A stretch of 64,000 bases of DNA from Octopus vulgaris (lineage: Eukaryota). Of this stretch, positions 50,586 to 64,000 are shown in pieces. Under the pieces are notes generated by a model that was given only the letters and a program-made list of their open reading frames with translations, made no database searches and was not told where the DNA came from. The DNA lies in the NCBI GenBank assembly GCA_951406725.2, contig OX597828.1, forward strand, positions 51,956,001-52,020,000, given 5' to 3'. Within the stretch, counting starts at the first letter, position 1, and each line of letters begins with the position of its first letter. The translations under genes were made by a program, and so were the position numbers.

Positions 50586-50906
50586 TATACATACATACAA
50601 ATAGATTCCCACCACCACCACCACCACCACCACCACCACCATTTAAACGAATTCTTCAGAAACGATTCTGTATATAAAAAGGAGTGTGCTACAAGACATT
50701 TCTTGCTTATTTTCACAGCCACCTCACCGACTCACCTGCAACACACTTAAAACTGCCCCAAACTACTTTTCTCGAAATTGTAAACAAGAACGAAAAAAGA
50801 TTCTAATTAACAGGTTCTTATAACTATTACAATTGCCAGCCATAGTCGAAGAATTTGCTAGAATGTAAGTGTGCTGTGAAAGAACACACACACACACACA
50901 CACACG

Positions 50907-50937
<31 letters not shown>

Positions 50938-51059
50938 GTTTGAATGTGTGTATGTGTGTGTGTATGTGTATTTACTATTTTCTATATATTCACCCACGTG
51001 CTTTCACAAACCAACTTTCTTATCTATATATATATATATATATATAAAGACTCAAAGCG

Positions 51060-51105
<46 letters not shown>

Positions 51106-51519
51106 ATATATAATATATGTAATATATTACAACGTTCGAAGAGGGCAAGATTTTTTTTAGATTGAAATGATGGAGTTAAAAATTCAATTTCAGAATACCG
51201 AAATGAAGACGAAAGATTTGAAGATTTTAAAGAACAACGCGAAGAAATATTCTTCGCAAATACTGCACTGCTTGTCGTTATGCAAGTTATGTACATTTTC
51301 TTTCATTAACTAAGTTGCACTATGTCGAAGTGCAATATCCACAAACACACACACAAGAATTTATATGTATCTAATCAAAAATATTTTATATAAAACTTTA
51401 ATACATAGAGACAAACTCATACTCATACATTCATACATACGTAATTATATGGGAACATACGAGATATAGCTACAAAATTCCTACTGAACAAAAGAAACTA
51501 CGAAGCCCTTAAACTTCCC

Positions 51520-52085
51520 AAGATGCGACCAGTGATATCGATTATGTCACATTTCTGCTGAAAATACTTCACATGTGATAACCATCTGCCTCACCCCCAG
51601 ACTATTATTATGTATCTATTTTCCGATGTGGATACGATGTTGTCGTTGCTTGAATACTATACAATGCCATCCGTAGAAAAAGACAGCCCGAGGTGAAATT
51701 TCTGTTAGTGAATACATGCATACGTAAGGAATAGAGATATTGGTGGAATATTTCTATCAGAACATCCGCTAAATGCAAACATAACAGGCTTGGTATAATT
51801 GTTTCGGTTAGAAAAGAAAAAAAAGATCTATTGTTATTGAGGTCAGCTTCCCTGTAGACGTGAACATTTCATTCAAAGCCCGTGAGAGATTTACAACAAC
51901 TACTTCAAAACGGTGTCTGTACATAGATTATAAATTGACATTTATATCTAACAATAGCAAATGTTTATTAAAGGTCGAACTAGCAATCTCAAGGATCTGA
52001 CAGTTTTAGAAGAAAGTCACTGGCAAACCCAAAGTCAGTAAATACAATCTGTAAACGGAACAGTAAAACTATGCGATACTTTTCT
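51520..52085 (+). pseudogene. Degraded R4/Dong-like non-LTR retrotransposon, restriction-like endonuclease region
   Basis: RYWWNISIRTSAKCKHNRLGIIV and IVIEVSFPVDVNISFKARE correspond to the W.....HNRPDI and IEVS.P.D.N...K.EK REL motifs. Confidence 0.75.
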
Positions 52086-52184
52086 AAACATTTACATGTA
52101 ATTGTTCAACGTTGTTGTTATTAGATTCTGGCAATTCAATTCTTTCTATAAATAAAAGAGTTGATTTATTTTGTTGGAAATCAG

Positions 52185-52240
<56 letters not shown>

Positions 52241-52249
52241 GGGGGGTAT

Positions 52250-52425
52250 GGGGAGAATTGACACAAAAAAAAACAAAAGACGAAGATAGTTGGTGTAGAC
52301 AACAAAGATGTATTAGTATAACGCTCGGGAAGTGAAAAAGTCTTTAACGTTTCGAGCCTACGCCTTCCACAGAAAGGAACACAGAAAGAAACAAGGAGAG
52401 AAAATAAAGAATGTGTAGTGGTTAG

Positions 52426-52430
<5 letters not shown>
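52250..52430 (-). mobile_element. Second copy of the A6U-hammerhead element (HHR 52342-52376)
   Basis: Minus strand: cttt ctgtgga a ggc-gtag-gctc gaaa cg tt aaag; next to (TA)n. Confidence 0.75.
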
Positions 52431-52495
<65 letters not shown>

Positions 52496-52925
52496 AAATT
52501 TCATAACTAAAAGAACGATAATAAAAGACGCAGATTGTCAAATGAAATCCTTCAATAAAACAGCAATGTAGTGAAGTTAAGCGAACTCATATCCAAATAT
52601 CTCGTCTACAATACTTGAGGTTAACATTAATGTTTTGCTCGTAGTTGCAAAGTTGCTAAATGAAAATCTACCTAGTAGAAATTTGAATATATACATACAC
52701 ACATATGCGCGCGCCTCTTATTCCTTCCCTTACTCTTTATCATCCATCTTTTCTTTTATTCTTTTTCTCGTTTCAGTTATTGGATTTGTGTCTATGCTGG
52801 AGCACCGCCTTGAAGGGCTAAGTCGAATAAATCCACCCCAGGACATACGGAAGCCACGTGAATCCAAACTTCTGTATGAATTACGTTCAAATTTTGGCGT
52901 AAAGCTAGCTAGTTCGAGCCCCTAG

Positions 52926-53072
52926 GACCCAACTGGTACTTATTTTATCGACCTCCGAAAGGATGAAAGGCAAAGTCGACCTCGACGGAATTTGAATTCG
53001 GAACGTACAGGCAGACGAAATGCCGCTTAGCATTTTGCCCGGTGAGCTAAATATTCTGCCAGCTCGCCGTCT
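52926..53072 (-). mobile_element. SINE family A (partial)
   Basis: aactggtactta...gaaaggatgaaaggcaaagtcgacctc...ttctgccagctcgccg. Confidence 0.85.
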
Positions 53073-54922
53073 TGAAAAACATATGTATATATTAGAAGAA
53101 GGAATGTTTACATGTGCGCTTGTATATATGATCTATACATGTATTGTATGTATACATGATTTCCATTTTCTATTTGTAAAAGTGTGACTGCCTGCAATAA
53201 TGTTCTGCAAACGTCTTGGTAAGTATTTTACAGTTTTCTTTTGGTCTACGTATATACGATCTGAAATAGAACTTGTTTATCTTATCCCCCACTACTGGTC
53301 TTCAAGTATATACAATTAATCACTTTTGAATGAGAATTTTATTGCGAATAAACAGCGCAGTTGAATAACTGTCTTCTTTTGATTCCAAACATAAATATAT
53401 TTAATGCATTATCTGATTCTGATTCTGAATTGCCGCTCTGAAAGTCATCTTTTTTTTTTTTACTGAAAATGATTGATGCATACAATGACCAAGTATATCG
53501 GACACAAAGTCCAAAGATTGGGTTTCCTGAACTTTAAACAAATTCTACGAATATTTACACAAGTTTTCTTTCTTTTCAGTAAAGCAGAAATTTCTTGTGA
53601 GGAAATTTTGTTCTCAAATAAGCAGACACAAAAAAATGGTCGTTACAGACATTTGAAGGTTTACGATTCTTGTTTATTATTTATTTGTACATGTATTTGG
53701 GATTTCATTTAGTAACCAATTCTCCATTTTTCTCCGCATTTCTTACTTTATTTCTCTGCTTCCTTCTCTCTTTTTCTATGAATATGCATTTTGTGACCCT
53801 CGGTGAGAAAATAAAAAAGATAAAAATAAATAAAATACACTGGGATATAAGTTGAAACATTTGATTTGACAAATATAAAATTTCCAGTATGTCTGGAATT
53901 TCAGAATGTAGTATAATTTCTATATTGGTTTGAAAGCCACAATTTTTTATATTCTTCCCAAATCAGAAATTTTCTACAAGAACCGTTATGCCCGTTCATA
54001 AGTGACCTTCCACTCTCTTCAGAGAATACACACAGAAAATTTAAAGCTGGAGAACTAAACAACGTTTTTTTTTCTTTAGTATACTGAAAATGGTCAGTTT
54101 TGGGAGGTAGAATTATCTCTTCTGTTACCTACAGTTTGCTATGCCACATACACATACACACACACTCAAACAAATATCCACGCGCACACATCTGCTTCAA
54201 AGATAATTCGATCAATCTGCTTTATCGATTTAATATGGTATTGTGAATCACATCCGTAGATTTGGTCTTTGCCTCATAAATCATGGCTTCAGCATGACAT
54301 GTTTTATTGCGTGAAACCGTCCTAGGGTTCCTGCATGAGCATTCGGCTCGATATAAACCTGTTCCTTCTGTTCACTGAATGAAGTATGTAACACGGAAAC
54401 CAAGATATATGAGGTAGAGGTTAAAACGCGGATGCAAACCAGCAACATCCCAGAGTTTATGAAGCAATCAGTGATGCTTGTGAATATGTTAAGCTACAAA
54501 TAACTATTCACACACACACACACACACACATGGTTAAAAGCATAGACGTCACTTGCAAACGAGTATAACCTCGTAGAAAGTACTATTCTTTCGTTAATAC
54601 TTTTGGGGTACCTGATGTAGTCGTATGGTAACGTAGACATCCTCTCTCCTCTTTCATAATTAACCCACCGGTGCCTTCAGAATATGAGAATGAAAGGAGA
54701 GAGAACTGTCTGAATATCAACATAAGGGCTAGTACATATTTCTATTGGGTAGACTGGATCTATGTGAAATGAAGTGCCTTGTTCAAGGATACAAGGCAGC
54801 GTTTAGCCCAGGTATCGAACACAGGACCTTAAAATCAAATAGCCTAATATTCTAGTCATCAGCCTTCACATGAGAATACGTTCATATGTGTACGTATAGA
54901 CATTCACTCACGCACATACGCG

Positions 54923-54961
<39 letters not shown>

Positions 54962-55036
54962 ATGTATACATATATCTATGTATATTTTAGCTATGTGTAT
55001 ACATAAATGTAAAATACCGAAGTGGGTATGACGCAG

Positions 55037-55400
55037 TATAAAACCAAAAAGAAAGAACTGAATTGTCATTCACATTGACTGATGGTGCAGGGTTTCACCT
55101 AATTGCTAGAAACACGTATCAAAGACTCTTATAGCCACAAAAAGCACATTATCTAGGTATTGACAGGAGGGTTAACCGTCGCAAGCTCGTCAGCAGTGAC
55201 TACTCCATCGCTGACAATTAAATTATAAAATTAACGAAGGAGGCTATTCGCTATATAAAACCAAAAATATAAAATTGAATTGTCTCCAATAGTGACTGAG
55301 GGTATAGGGCAGCACTTAAATTGCTAGAAAGAAGAGTCAAAGAACCTTATAGTTGTAAATGCACATTGTATATGTACTGACAGGGAAGATAACCGCCACA
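55037..55400 (-). repeat. Diverged tandem duplication (period ~217 bp) with Penelope-like 3' motif
   Basis: tataaaaccaaaaa...gaattgtc...tgactga...aattgctagaaa...tcaaaga...gcacatt...tgacagg...taaccg occurs twice. Confidence 0.7.
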
Positions 55401-55604
55401 CAGCAGTTATATATACAGATAGATATGAATAACTATACATATATATGCTCAGATATGTAAAACTCATAAAAGGTATATATCAATCCTTTATACACACAAC
55501 CACACATACTCCCAAATGTTGAGTTAATGACAGTTATTGAGCCAGAAACGTGTACACTCAAATGGCCTTTTATCTCGGAGCACTAAATTTGCATTTTTCT
55601 TTAA

Positions 55605-55821
55605 TCCATTCGCGATTAGATCACTCTGTTAAATATAATTATTTATTAACATTATTGTGAATTAATCACCTATTATCTTGTGGCTTTAAACTTTTGATGA
55701 TGTAATTGCGCATTTTTTTAAAGATTTTGTAGCATAGGTAGAAGAGGTCGGATCTGGTCAGTTTGAACTTAAAACATGCAGAATATTTGTTCCAGATATG
55801 GTTGATTTAAACGCGAATGTG
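55605..55821. mobile_element. piggyBac-type MITE with TTAA at both ends
   Basis: ttaa|tccattcgcgatt ... aaacgcgaatgtg|ttaa; reverse-orientation homolog of 23915-24122. Confidence 0.75.
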
Positions 55822-55994
55822 TTAATGAGATGCCAAATTTGGTGATACCTCGATATTTCCTTCTCAAATGTAGATGTCATTTGGGAATTATGGTACATCC
55901 TCTACAAGCGGAATTAATTTTCATAAATCAAGAATTTATATTGTCTTTGATATACCTGTATCTATCTATACTTTATATATTTATAAAAGAGATA

Positions 55995-56222
55995 AGGCGG
56001 CGAGCTGGCAGAATCGCTTGCACGCCAAGTAAAATACTGAGTGGCATCTCGTCTGCTTTTACGTTGTAAGCTCAAATTCCGCCGAGGTAGACTTGAGGTT
56101 CATCCTTTCGGGGTCGATAAAATAAGCACCAGTTGAGCTTTGGGGAAGAAGGCTGATGTAATCGACTAATCAACAAATCTCCTCCCACAAAATTGCTGGC
56201 CTTGTGCCAAAATTTGAAATAA
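55995..56222 (+). mobile_element. SINE family A (alternative tail)
   Basis: ggcggcgagctggcagaatcg...catcctttcggggtcgataaa...aaattgctggccttgtgccaaaatttgaaa. Similar copies at ~59090-59300(-), 59320-59468(-), 60730-60952(+), 61303-61550(+), 63420-63585(+) and 63600-63685(+). Confidence 0.85.
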
Positions 56223-56918
56223 ATATATAGGATAAATAGATAAAGAGAGCTATAAAAAGAGAGAGAGAGAGAAAGAGTAAGAAAGAAATAAAGAAAGGTA
56301 GAGAATTTGTGTGAGTGTTCCTGCATGACGCCCATTGAAGCAAGAACTACCTGCCCTTATATTTCCAGGAAAAAACATACTATCCGTTCGTTAAGGGCCT
56401 GTCCGTTGCATTTATCTTTTGCTTCCTGATATCATCTCCACTTCTCTGTTGGAGCAGGTGGGAATCTCCACTATGCGCTTACTCCCTCTCACTGTATAGA
56501 TAGTTATTAAAGAAGCAATGGTTTATCTTGTATGGCATTTAGTAGACCCTCATTTCTTTTTGTTCCTCAAATCCTTGCCAATGACCACTCCAAATTATTT
56601 CTCTTAGCGCATTTATGCTTAAATACATACATACATGCATAAACACACACACACATACACACAAACACACACATATATGCGTACAAATGACGAGAGAGAA
56701 ATAGAAATTTTATTACATTTAAAATAGAGTACATTATAACAAAAATATAATAAATATCATGTATAATAATAATAAAGCTCTAATTAGGTTAACGAAAAAC
56801 ATTAACTATGATAAATGAGAAGCCATATCAAAATAATGGATATAGAACGGCAAAAACATGAAAATACAAATTCTTAAGGAACATTCAATTGGAAGAATAA
56901 AAACCGTGCAATCCTCTA

Positions 56919-58211
56919 TTGGGTTGGCAACAAAGATTCCGCCGTATTTTAAAATTTTGGAATCTATTGAGTTTTTAAATTTTTGAATCTATTCTTTTCG
57001 AGAATTCTATTTTCGAATCTTTTTTTTATTTTCGAATCTTTTAAATTTTTTTCTACTTAATTTTAGTTAATTTTTGTTTATTTTCAGATCATTAAAATGG
57101 AATGTCAAGTTAAGAAAAACGAGCATTTTTGACACCCCCACCTCTTTGCTTTTAATTAAGGTTCTAAGGCCGCAAAAGCTGCTTGCGACATTCCTGCTGT
57201 GTATGGAGAGGATGCCATAGTTGAGAGAATCGCTCGTGATAGGTATGCCAAGTTCAAAAATGGAAATTTTGACCTCAAATACGCACCTTGTTCTGGCCGT
57301 CTAGTTGAGTTCGATGAAGAGCGATTGAAACCAACTTTTGCACGAAGATTCTTGTCAAACGACTAGGGAACTGGCAGAGAAAATGGAATGTTCCCGCATT
57401 GCTATAGAGAAGCATCTTCACTCGATGGGAAAGGTTCAGAAGAATGGAGCACGGGTTCCGCATGCTTTAAGTGACAACAACAAAATTCAACGAGCCACAA
57501 TCTGTGCTGGTTTGCTTGCCTGTCAGCGCTCAACTCATGGACACAAGCAACGATTTCTTTACCGAATCGTTACTGGCGACGAAAATGGTGCCTGTACGCT
57601 GAAGCAGCGTAAGGAATGGCTTAGCCCCGGTAAACAAGCGACACTGCGCGTGAAACAAGATCTTCATCCGCGTAAAACGATGTTGTGCGTATGGTGGGAC
57701 TGAGAAGGGATTATCCATTACAAATTGCTTGAACGGAACCAAACGGTCAACGTGGAACTCTATGTTCAACATATGGAACGACTCAACACGGCTATTCAAG
57801 AGAAAAGACCTAATTGGCAGCATGGAGTTCTTCTACTGCACGACAACGCCCGCCCTCATATCACCAATATGACCAAGGAAGTCATTCAAACGCATGGCTG
57901 TGAAGTGCTGCCACACCCGCCGTATTCTCCTGATTTGGCACCAACTGGTTTCCACGTCTGTCGATCTCTTTCAAATGCTATGCGCGGAGTTTCGTTCAAT
58001 ACTCATGCAGAATTGAGAGCTTGGTTGGATCAATTTTTCTAATCGAAATCGGGTGTTTTCTAGCAACGAGGTATTGAAAATCTTGTTGAACGCTGGAAAG
58101 AAGTTGTAAACAACAAGAGTGAATGCATTATTGATTAATCAGTTACGTTTTATTAAACCTTTTAGAAAATTAAAATTTTAAAAACCAGTGGGAACTTAGT
58201 TGCCAACCAAA
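56919..58211 (+). mobile_element. Full-length (1293 bp) defective mariner (DD34D) transposon
   Basis: TA|ttgggttggcaacaaag... and ...cttagttgccaaccaaa|TA. Frameshifted transposase fragments RVPHAL, IVTGDE, MLCVWWD, LLHDNARPH and PHPPYSPDLAPTGFH. Start ATG ~57097 with early stops. Confidence 0.95.
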
Positions 58212-59699
58212 TAAATTTGGAACAGCCATAACAGTGATAGCACTACAAACATATCAATCTAACAAGCTAGCTACCTAGCTGCCTAGTAATCTGTTTGTCT
58301 AGCTGTCCGTCTATCTAGCAGTCTGTTTGTCCGTTTGTCTATCTGTCTTTCTATCATTGTATTTTTACGCATTGTTATTGTCCGCCATATTGCAATGAAT
58401 ATAAGGCAAGGTTACGACAATTAAACGGAAACTAAGATGTTTCTATACGAATGATACTATTTTTAGGTAAAAGGAAATGATATAAAAAATGTTATTGAAT
58501 GAAATAGGAAAGTTTAGCCGAATAGAAGGAAATATAATTAATTATTTTGTTATAGAATATTAGAAGTGTCTGTTGGAAATGATGGTGAAGGATGTAAGAA
58601 TTCTGATGCAGGCTATTTATTTAAACGATTTGAAGGAAAAGTGGAATTTAAGAATGTGTTTAGAACAAATTCAAAAGCATGTCTTTTAAAGAAAGTATAA
58701 GGAAATAACGTGGTAGAAGCGTTAGCATACCTCACTTTCGTTGTTCCAATACTCTGTGGTCTATGTTGGCTAATTTTGTTTTTCATCTCCTTTGGTTCGA
58801 TAAATTAAGAGAGCAATCAAGTTCGGAAGACTTCGTCTTTCTCTCCCTCGAATCAGTATCGTACTGTGAACGGACCATTAGAGATGCGTTGGTATTGGTT
58901 ACAACGAAAAAGAAAGCAATTGTTTATATTGAAAGATAAATATAAATCAGCTTCAGTGAATGAGTTTGAATTGTCAACTTTGCGAGAAGAGAGATGGCGA
59001 TTATACAGGAATGCGTAAAATTGAACGTAGTAATGTGGAGATTACAGAAAGTAAGAGCGAAATAACGAAAAAATGCTGTTACATTTTTTTTCAAATTTTA
59101 GCACAAGACCAACAATTTTGAGGAAGTGGATAAGTCAATTACATCGACTCCAGTGCTCAACTGGTAAGTATCATATCGTCTCCGAAACCGGAAAAGTAAA
59201 GTCAACCTCGGCGGTATTTGAACTCACAACATAAAAACGGACGAAATGCTGTTAAGCATTCTTCTCGCCGTCTTAATGATTCCGACAGCTCGTCACCACA
59301 TCGTTAGATTACATATTGGTTTCAAGTTTTGGCACAGGGGAGATTCTCAACTGGTAATAATTTTATCGACTCCAAAAAGATGAAAGGCAAACACAGAATG
59401 TAAAGACGGACGGGATAGCGCTATGCATTTCGCCCGGCGCGGTAACGATTCTCCTTGCTAGTCGCCTCATCGTTAGATTTCATATTGTAAACGATAATGA
59501 AATACTGAACTAGGGTAACTTATTGTTAAAAATGAAATGTAACGTTGGAAGAAATAAACCAAAACTGCAATCAGTTCGTTGAAGCTGAACGCAGGATGTA
59601 CAAATATTTGAATATCGCAATGTTAAGGAATCGACAATTTAAGTATTATATGATTGACTGAAACGAACCAGAAGGAAAGTAAAGGTAGACAATAATATA

Positions 59700-60070
59700 A
59701 GGCAACTTTTAAATATTGGTTGACTTTGTCGTAAAAGCAAAAGAAATTGAATCCTGCTGAATTTCAAAAGGATGTGGTTGTAGATATGCTTACATGCTAT
59801 ATATGATGGCTCCGTCTATAACTTCACGAAGAAAGGAGGAGTTAATTCAGTAAATCAAAAATTGAATTACATTAGATAACTTGGACGCCGATCGGGCTCG
59901 AAATATCGGCCGTTATAAAAACTTCCTCAAGGAATGTGAAGACGCAGGCTGTAAGGCAGAGCATTTTCCAATCGTAGTTGGGCGTAAAGCGATTGTTGTT
60001 GTCACAAGGTGTAACTCATCGTAAAGCAAATACCATCGTGAGGGACATCCGGACTACAGTGAAGAAGGCA
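59700..60070 (+). pseudogene. Degraded HERO/NeSL-like non-LTR retrotransposon endonuclease remnant
   Basis: 59881-60000 translates LDADRARNIGRYKNFLKECEDAGCKAEHFPIVVGRKAIV, matching A..RK..RY..L..EC...GW.A...P.EVG.RG. Confidence 0.7.
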
Positions 60071-60178
60071 AGTCACGTAGCTGTCACATCTCAATTCTCA
60101 GGTTTCTATATTTATCAACCTTTTCTCTTTCTTTCATAATGATGTGTTGATCTCCTGGCACTGCTACGTCGATTATTA

Positions 60179-60216
<38 letters not shown>

Positions 60217-61232
60217 TGGTTAAAAAGAGACGATGAGCGATAGCTAGATGAATTGTGAGTGAAACCTAGTAACCAGTCGATCTAGCAAGAGTGGCCTCAG
60301 TTCAGTGTGGGGGACGGACGGTACACAATAATGTCATCAAGAGGAGGGTCTCGAAACGATGCGCATTCTCTACTGCTGATTCCATAAGCGAGCTATGCAG
60401 AGCTTCCAACTGGTGGCACTTACATCTGCAAGTTGTTTGCAAAAATTCAATTAGAGGATAAAGAAATATCTATGTATCAAAGTGTGTGTATATACATGTG
60501 CATATATTTATTTGTATGTGTGTGTGTGTTTGGGTGTTAGGATATATGTATATATGTATGTGTATTTACAGATGTGTGTGTGCGTGTGTGTGTATGCATG
60601 TGTATAAATATCTATATAAGTATGAGCATATCTATGTATATTATTGTCATATATAATCATTTATTCATTTTTTAATCAGTGGTTAATAAACAAACGCCAT
60701 TTTGTTTTGCAATATTTATTTATAATTAAAGGCTGCGAGTTGGCAGAATCGTTAAGACCCCTGGCAAAACGCCCAGTAGCATTTCATCCGTCTTTACGTT
60801 CTGTGTTCAAATACCAATAGAGCTGACTCTGCCTTGCATAATTTCGTGGGGGGAGCGATAAAATAAGCACCAGTTGAGCACTGTAGTTGATGTAATCGAC
60901 ATACACCACTCTCTTGAAATTGCTGGCCTTGTGCCAAAATTTGAAGTCAATATTTTGTTTCCCTTGTTTTCATACCCCCGAACCAATAATATTAAAACAT
61001 CTAACATTCTTTACATTTATGCGCAAGAAAGTGTGTAACATCAATGGCACAAGATTCTCTCTTCCCATACTGGTACAAAGTCCAATGCTGCATCTTGTTG
61101 GGTGTTCAAAGACTTGGAACTATTTGAGAACTATTTCTTCCAGGAACTTTAGATCCAGGTACGATAGTGTTACATAGCTGAATCTGAAATTGTGACTATG
61201 ATAAATATTTTTATTAGGTGATTGCTACGTCG

Positions 61233-61291
<59 letters not shown>

Positions 61292-62283
61292 ACTAGTGTA
61301 ATGTGGTGATCTTGCAGAATAATTAGCACCCCGGGCAAAATGCTTAGAGGTATTTTGTCCTTAGGTTTTGAGTACAATGCTTAGCTGCATTTAGTCGATA
61401 CATTCTGACATCAAATTCTGCGGAGGTCAGCTTTGCATTTCAATCTTCCGGGGTCGATAACTTATGTACCAGTTGAATCCTCGGGTCGGTGTAATCGACT
61501 TACCCCTTCCCCCAAAATTGCCGGCCTTGTGCCAAAATTTGAATTCATTATTCCATTAGGACTGCTGTTGGACTTTGAGCCATTAGCTTCTCGGCTTATT
61601 GTCTTCGTTCAATAAACCCAAACGTTAATGTTATCGATTTATATATTAAATAAATGGTAATTGAATAATAGATGTAATTGAAATAAACGTTTAAATTAAA
61701 TACATTAGCGAGCATTATTAATTCTCTAAATTAAATAAATTATAAGACATTATTAAATAAATATACAAAGTAAATATATTATCATTTATTATTAAATAAA
61801 TGACTGAAATTAATATTTGACATAATTAAATACATCATTAGACATGAATAGTTAATTAATGTTTAGAATTTTTTTGATAAGTATTAAGGTTCCAGGGGTA
61901 TGCTAAGTTCATTTCATTACCTACTCCATTGTATTCAAAATATCTCTTTACCAAGTTGAATTCCTGATGAAATTTACTGCCTTTAATCACATTGATAGTA
62001 AAACAATGATTATCAAATCTATTTTATCGATTATGTATTTAGTTTCACCGTAGTACACCGTAAAAGAACACATATTTAGCTGTAAGAACACAAGGACACT
62101 GAACGAAATTTCCAGCAAGCTGACGCCACTGTGTTGTATTGATTTTTACTTCTCTGAACCCAACATGTCAAAAATAAATTGAGAGAGAAAATTAAAAAAA
62201 AACATTGAATGTTACAAATTCCAGTTCTATTTTCGACCGAAGCCTTAGGCGGTTCCATTAGTTTTAAAGTGTCGAACTTGGTT

Positions 62284-62670
62284 AGGAGTGGCTGTGTGGA
62301 AAGTAGCTTGCTTACCAACCACATGATTCCGGGTTCAGTCCCACTGCGTGGCACCTTGGGCAAGTGTTTTCTACTATAGCCTCGGGCCGACCAAAGCCTT
62401 GTGAGTGTATTTAGTAGACGGAAACTGAAAGAAGCCCGGCGTATATATATATATATTTATACGTTTGTGTATATGTTTGTCCCCTCAACATCGCTTGACA
62501 ACCGATGCTGGTGTGTTTACGCCCCCGTAACTTAGCGGTTCGGCAAAAGAGACCGATAGAATAAGTACTAGGCTTACAAAGAATTTGTCCTGGGGTCGAT
62601 TTGCTCGACTAAAAAGGTGGTGCTCCAGGATGGCCGCAGTCAAATGACTGAAAAAATAAAAGAATAAAAG
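62284..62670 (+). mobile_element. SINE family C
   Basis: aggagtggctgtgtgg...ggttcagtcccactgcgtggcaccttgggcaagtg...tggccgcagtcaaatgactgaaa. Confidence 0.92.
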
Positions 62671-63690
62671 GGAAAAAAGAAAGAAAGTCAAAAGAAGGCA
62701 CGGTAATACGCTAAATATCGTAGAAAGTTCATATATTTTTAAAGAATGTCTCCGTGATGAAATTTCTTTATCGCAAATCTGAGACATGCTTTTCTTCTAT
62801 CCCCATTGCATACCGAAGCTGTTATCAAATGTTGCCCCATTCTACTAAACTAAAACATTCTGCTATAGAACGATGAAGTTACATTTTATGAAATGATTGT
62901 TTTCTTTAACTATGAGTACAAGATCTTCAATTTCAAGGAGCGGTACCGATGTGTGAAGCATTGGAGTTCTTGCTGTTCTGAAACACGTTAACGAAGTTGA
63001 AATAGTTCAACATGTGAATCAAATATGGGCCATGATAAAGCTGACGTTTGAAGCTAAAGGAACCATATTTTTAGTTCTACAGAAACAATCTACTTCCAGG
63101 AATAACGCTTCCGGCAATCAAATACACTGTAAACATCATTTCCCCTCATATATTATCATTTAAAATAAATGTCAGTGGATGGCATCAATCTCATAAACTT
63201 AGCTTTAAGCAAAGCCGAATAAGTTTAGTGACTAATGATAAATATCTAATTATTAATTTATAGACAATTAATCAAAAATTTTTACATTTTACATTGTTAC
63301 CAAACTTTGTTTCACCTGCACCTCTTCCTTTGACCCAGAATTTCATTATCAGACCACTCAAATTTTTTAACTTGCTTCCTAAAGTACCAAGCTAAACCAA
63401 CTCTTATTACTCTATCCACTTTCGTTCGTCTTCATGTTCTGAGTTCAAATTCAGCCGAGGTCGATTTTGTCATTTATCCTTCCGGGGTCGATAAATTAAG
63501 TATCAATGAAACACTGGGATCGATGTAATCGACTCATCACCTCCCCCAAAATGGCTATCCTTGTGGCAAAATTTGAAACCAGTATTCTATTGTCTCTTAA
63601 GATGGCGAGTTGGCAGAATCGTTAGCATGCCGGACAAAAACGGCTTAGCGGTATTTTGTCCGTCTTGACGTTCTGAGTTTCAAATGCTAC

Positions 63691-63771
63691 CATTTCTGTT
63701 CTATCATTTCTGTTCTATCATTTCTGTTCTATCATTTCTGTTCTATCATTTCGGTAATGATAGAACAGAAA
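63691..63771. repeat. Four tandem 14-bp units plus one inverted copy (snap-back junction)
   Basis: (catttctgttctat)x4 cattt cggt aatgatagaacagaaa. Confidence 0.92.
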
Positions 63772-64000
63772 GGCACTGCTACAGGATATAAGCAAAGCTG
63801 CTCGAGGTGCTTGCTGTGCAGTTGTGGATAAGGAGAAAGGAATTATTCTGCTAAGATGGCTTGATAATAACCAAGTAAATCTTGTAACCAATTTGAAAGA
63901 CGAGAAGGTTTTTGATGTTGGTAGCTGTAAATGATGGAAAGAATCTGAGAGAAATCTCAACCAAATATTGTGAGTCTGTATGACAAACAAATGGGAGGTG
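63752..64000 (+). pseudogene. piggyBac transposase fragment (defective; runs off the window end)
   Basis: Translates ...KAARGACCAVVDKEKGIILLRWLDNNQVNLVTN...K*WKESER...QPNIVSLYDKQMGG, matching RG...W.DN..V...RW...P.IV..YN..MGGVD. Confidence 0.85.

Noticed and set aside
51161-51310. Possible host exon after a ttttttttag acceptor
   Set aside because: Two frames are open with no recognisable protein similarity and no clear donor site.
60162-61290. Twin tgctacgtcgattattat(tat)n motifs at ~60162 and ~61223 bracketing a possible REL-retrotransposon remnant
   Set aside because: Only ~11 bp of unique shared sequence, and the intervening protein similarity is too weak to call.

Overview
AT-rich, microsatellite-saturated eukaryotic non-coding DNA. 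I found no host protein-coding exon I can support, and nearly all short ORFs in the track are (TA)n/(CA)n/(GAA)n translation artefacts. The repeat landscape looks like an octopus/coleoid cephalopod genome (inference from recalled SINE families, not a database search). It includes at least four tRNA-headed SINE families, several MITE and foldback families, non-autonomous Helitrons and a full-length defective mariner. There are also remnants of DD36E Tc1, maT-like, piggyBac, RTE, R4/Dong-like, HERO-like and Penelope elements. The most striking content is about a dozen type I hammerhead ribozyme (HHR) motifs in short non-coding Penelope/retrozyme-like elements, mostly sitting in (TA)n tracts. One near-intact element has two HHRs 590 nt apart, predicting a self-excising, circularisable RNA. 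The HHR cores vary in a patterned way: the 3-8 pair occurs as C-G, G-C and U-A, and there are U4C/U4A and A6U variants. Most have palindromic loop-less stem III (dimer-type), and some have greatly extended stem II. All structures were folded by eye and activity is untested.
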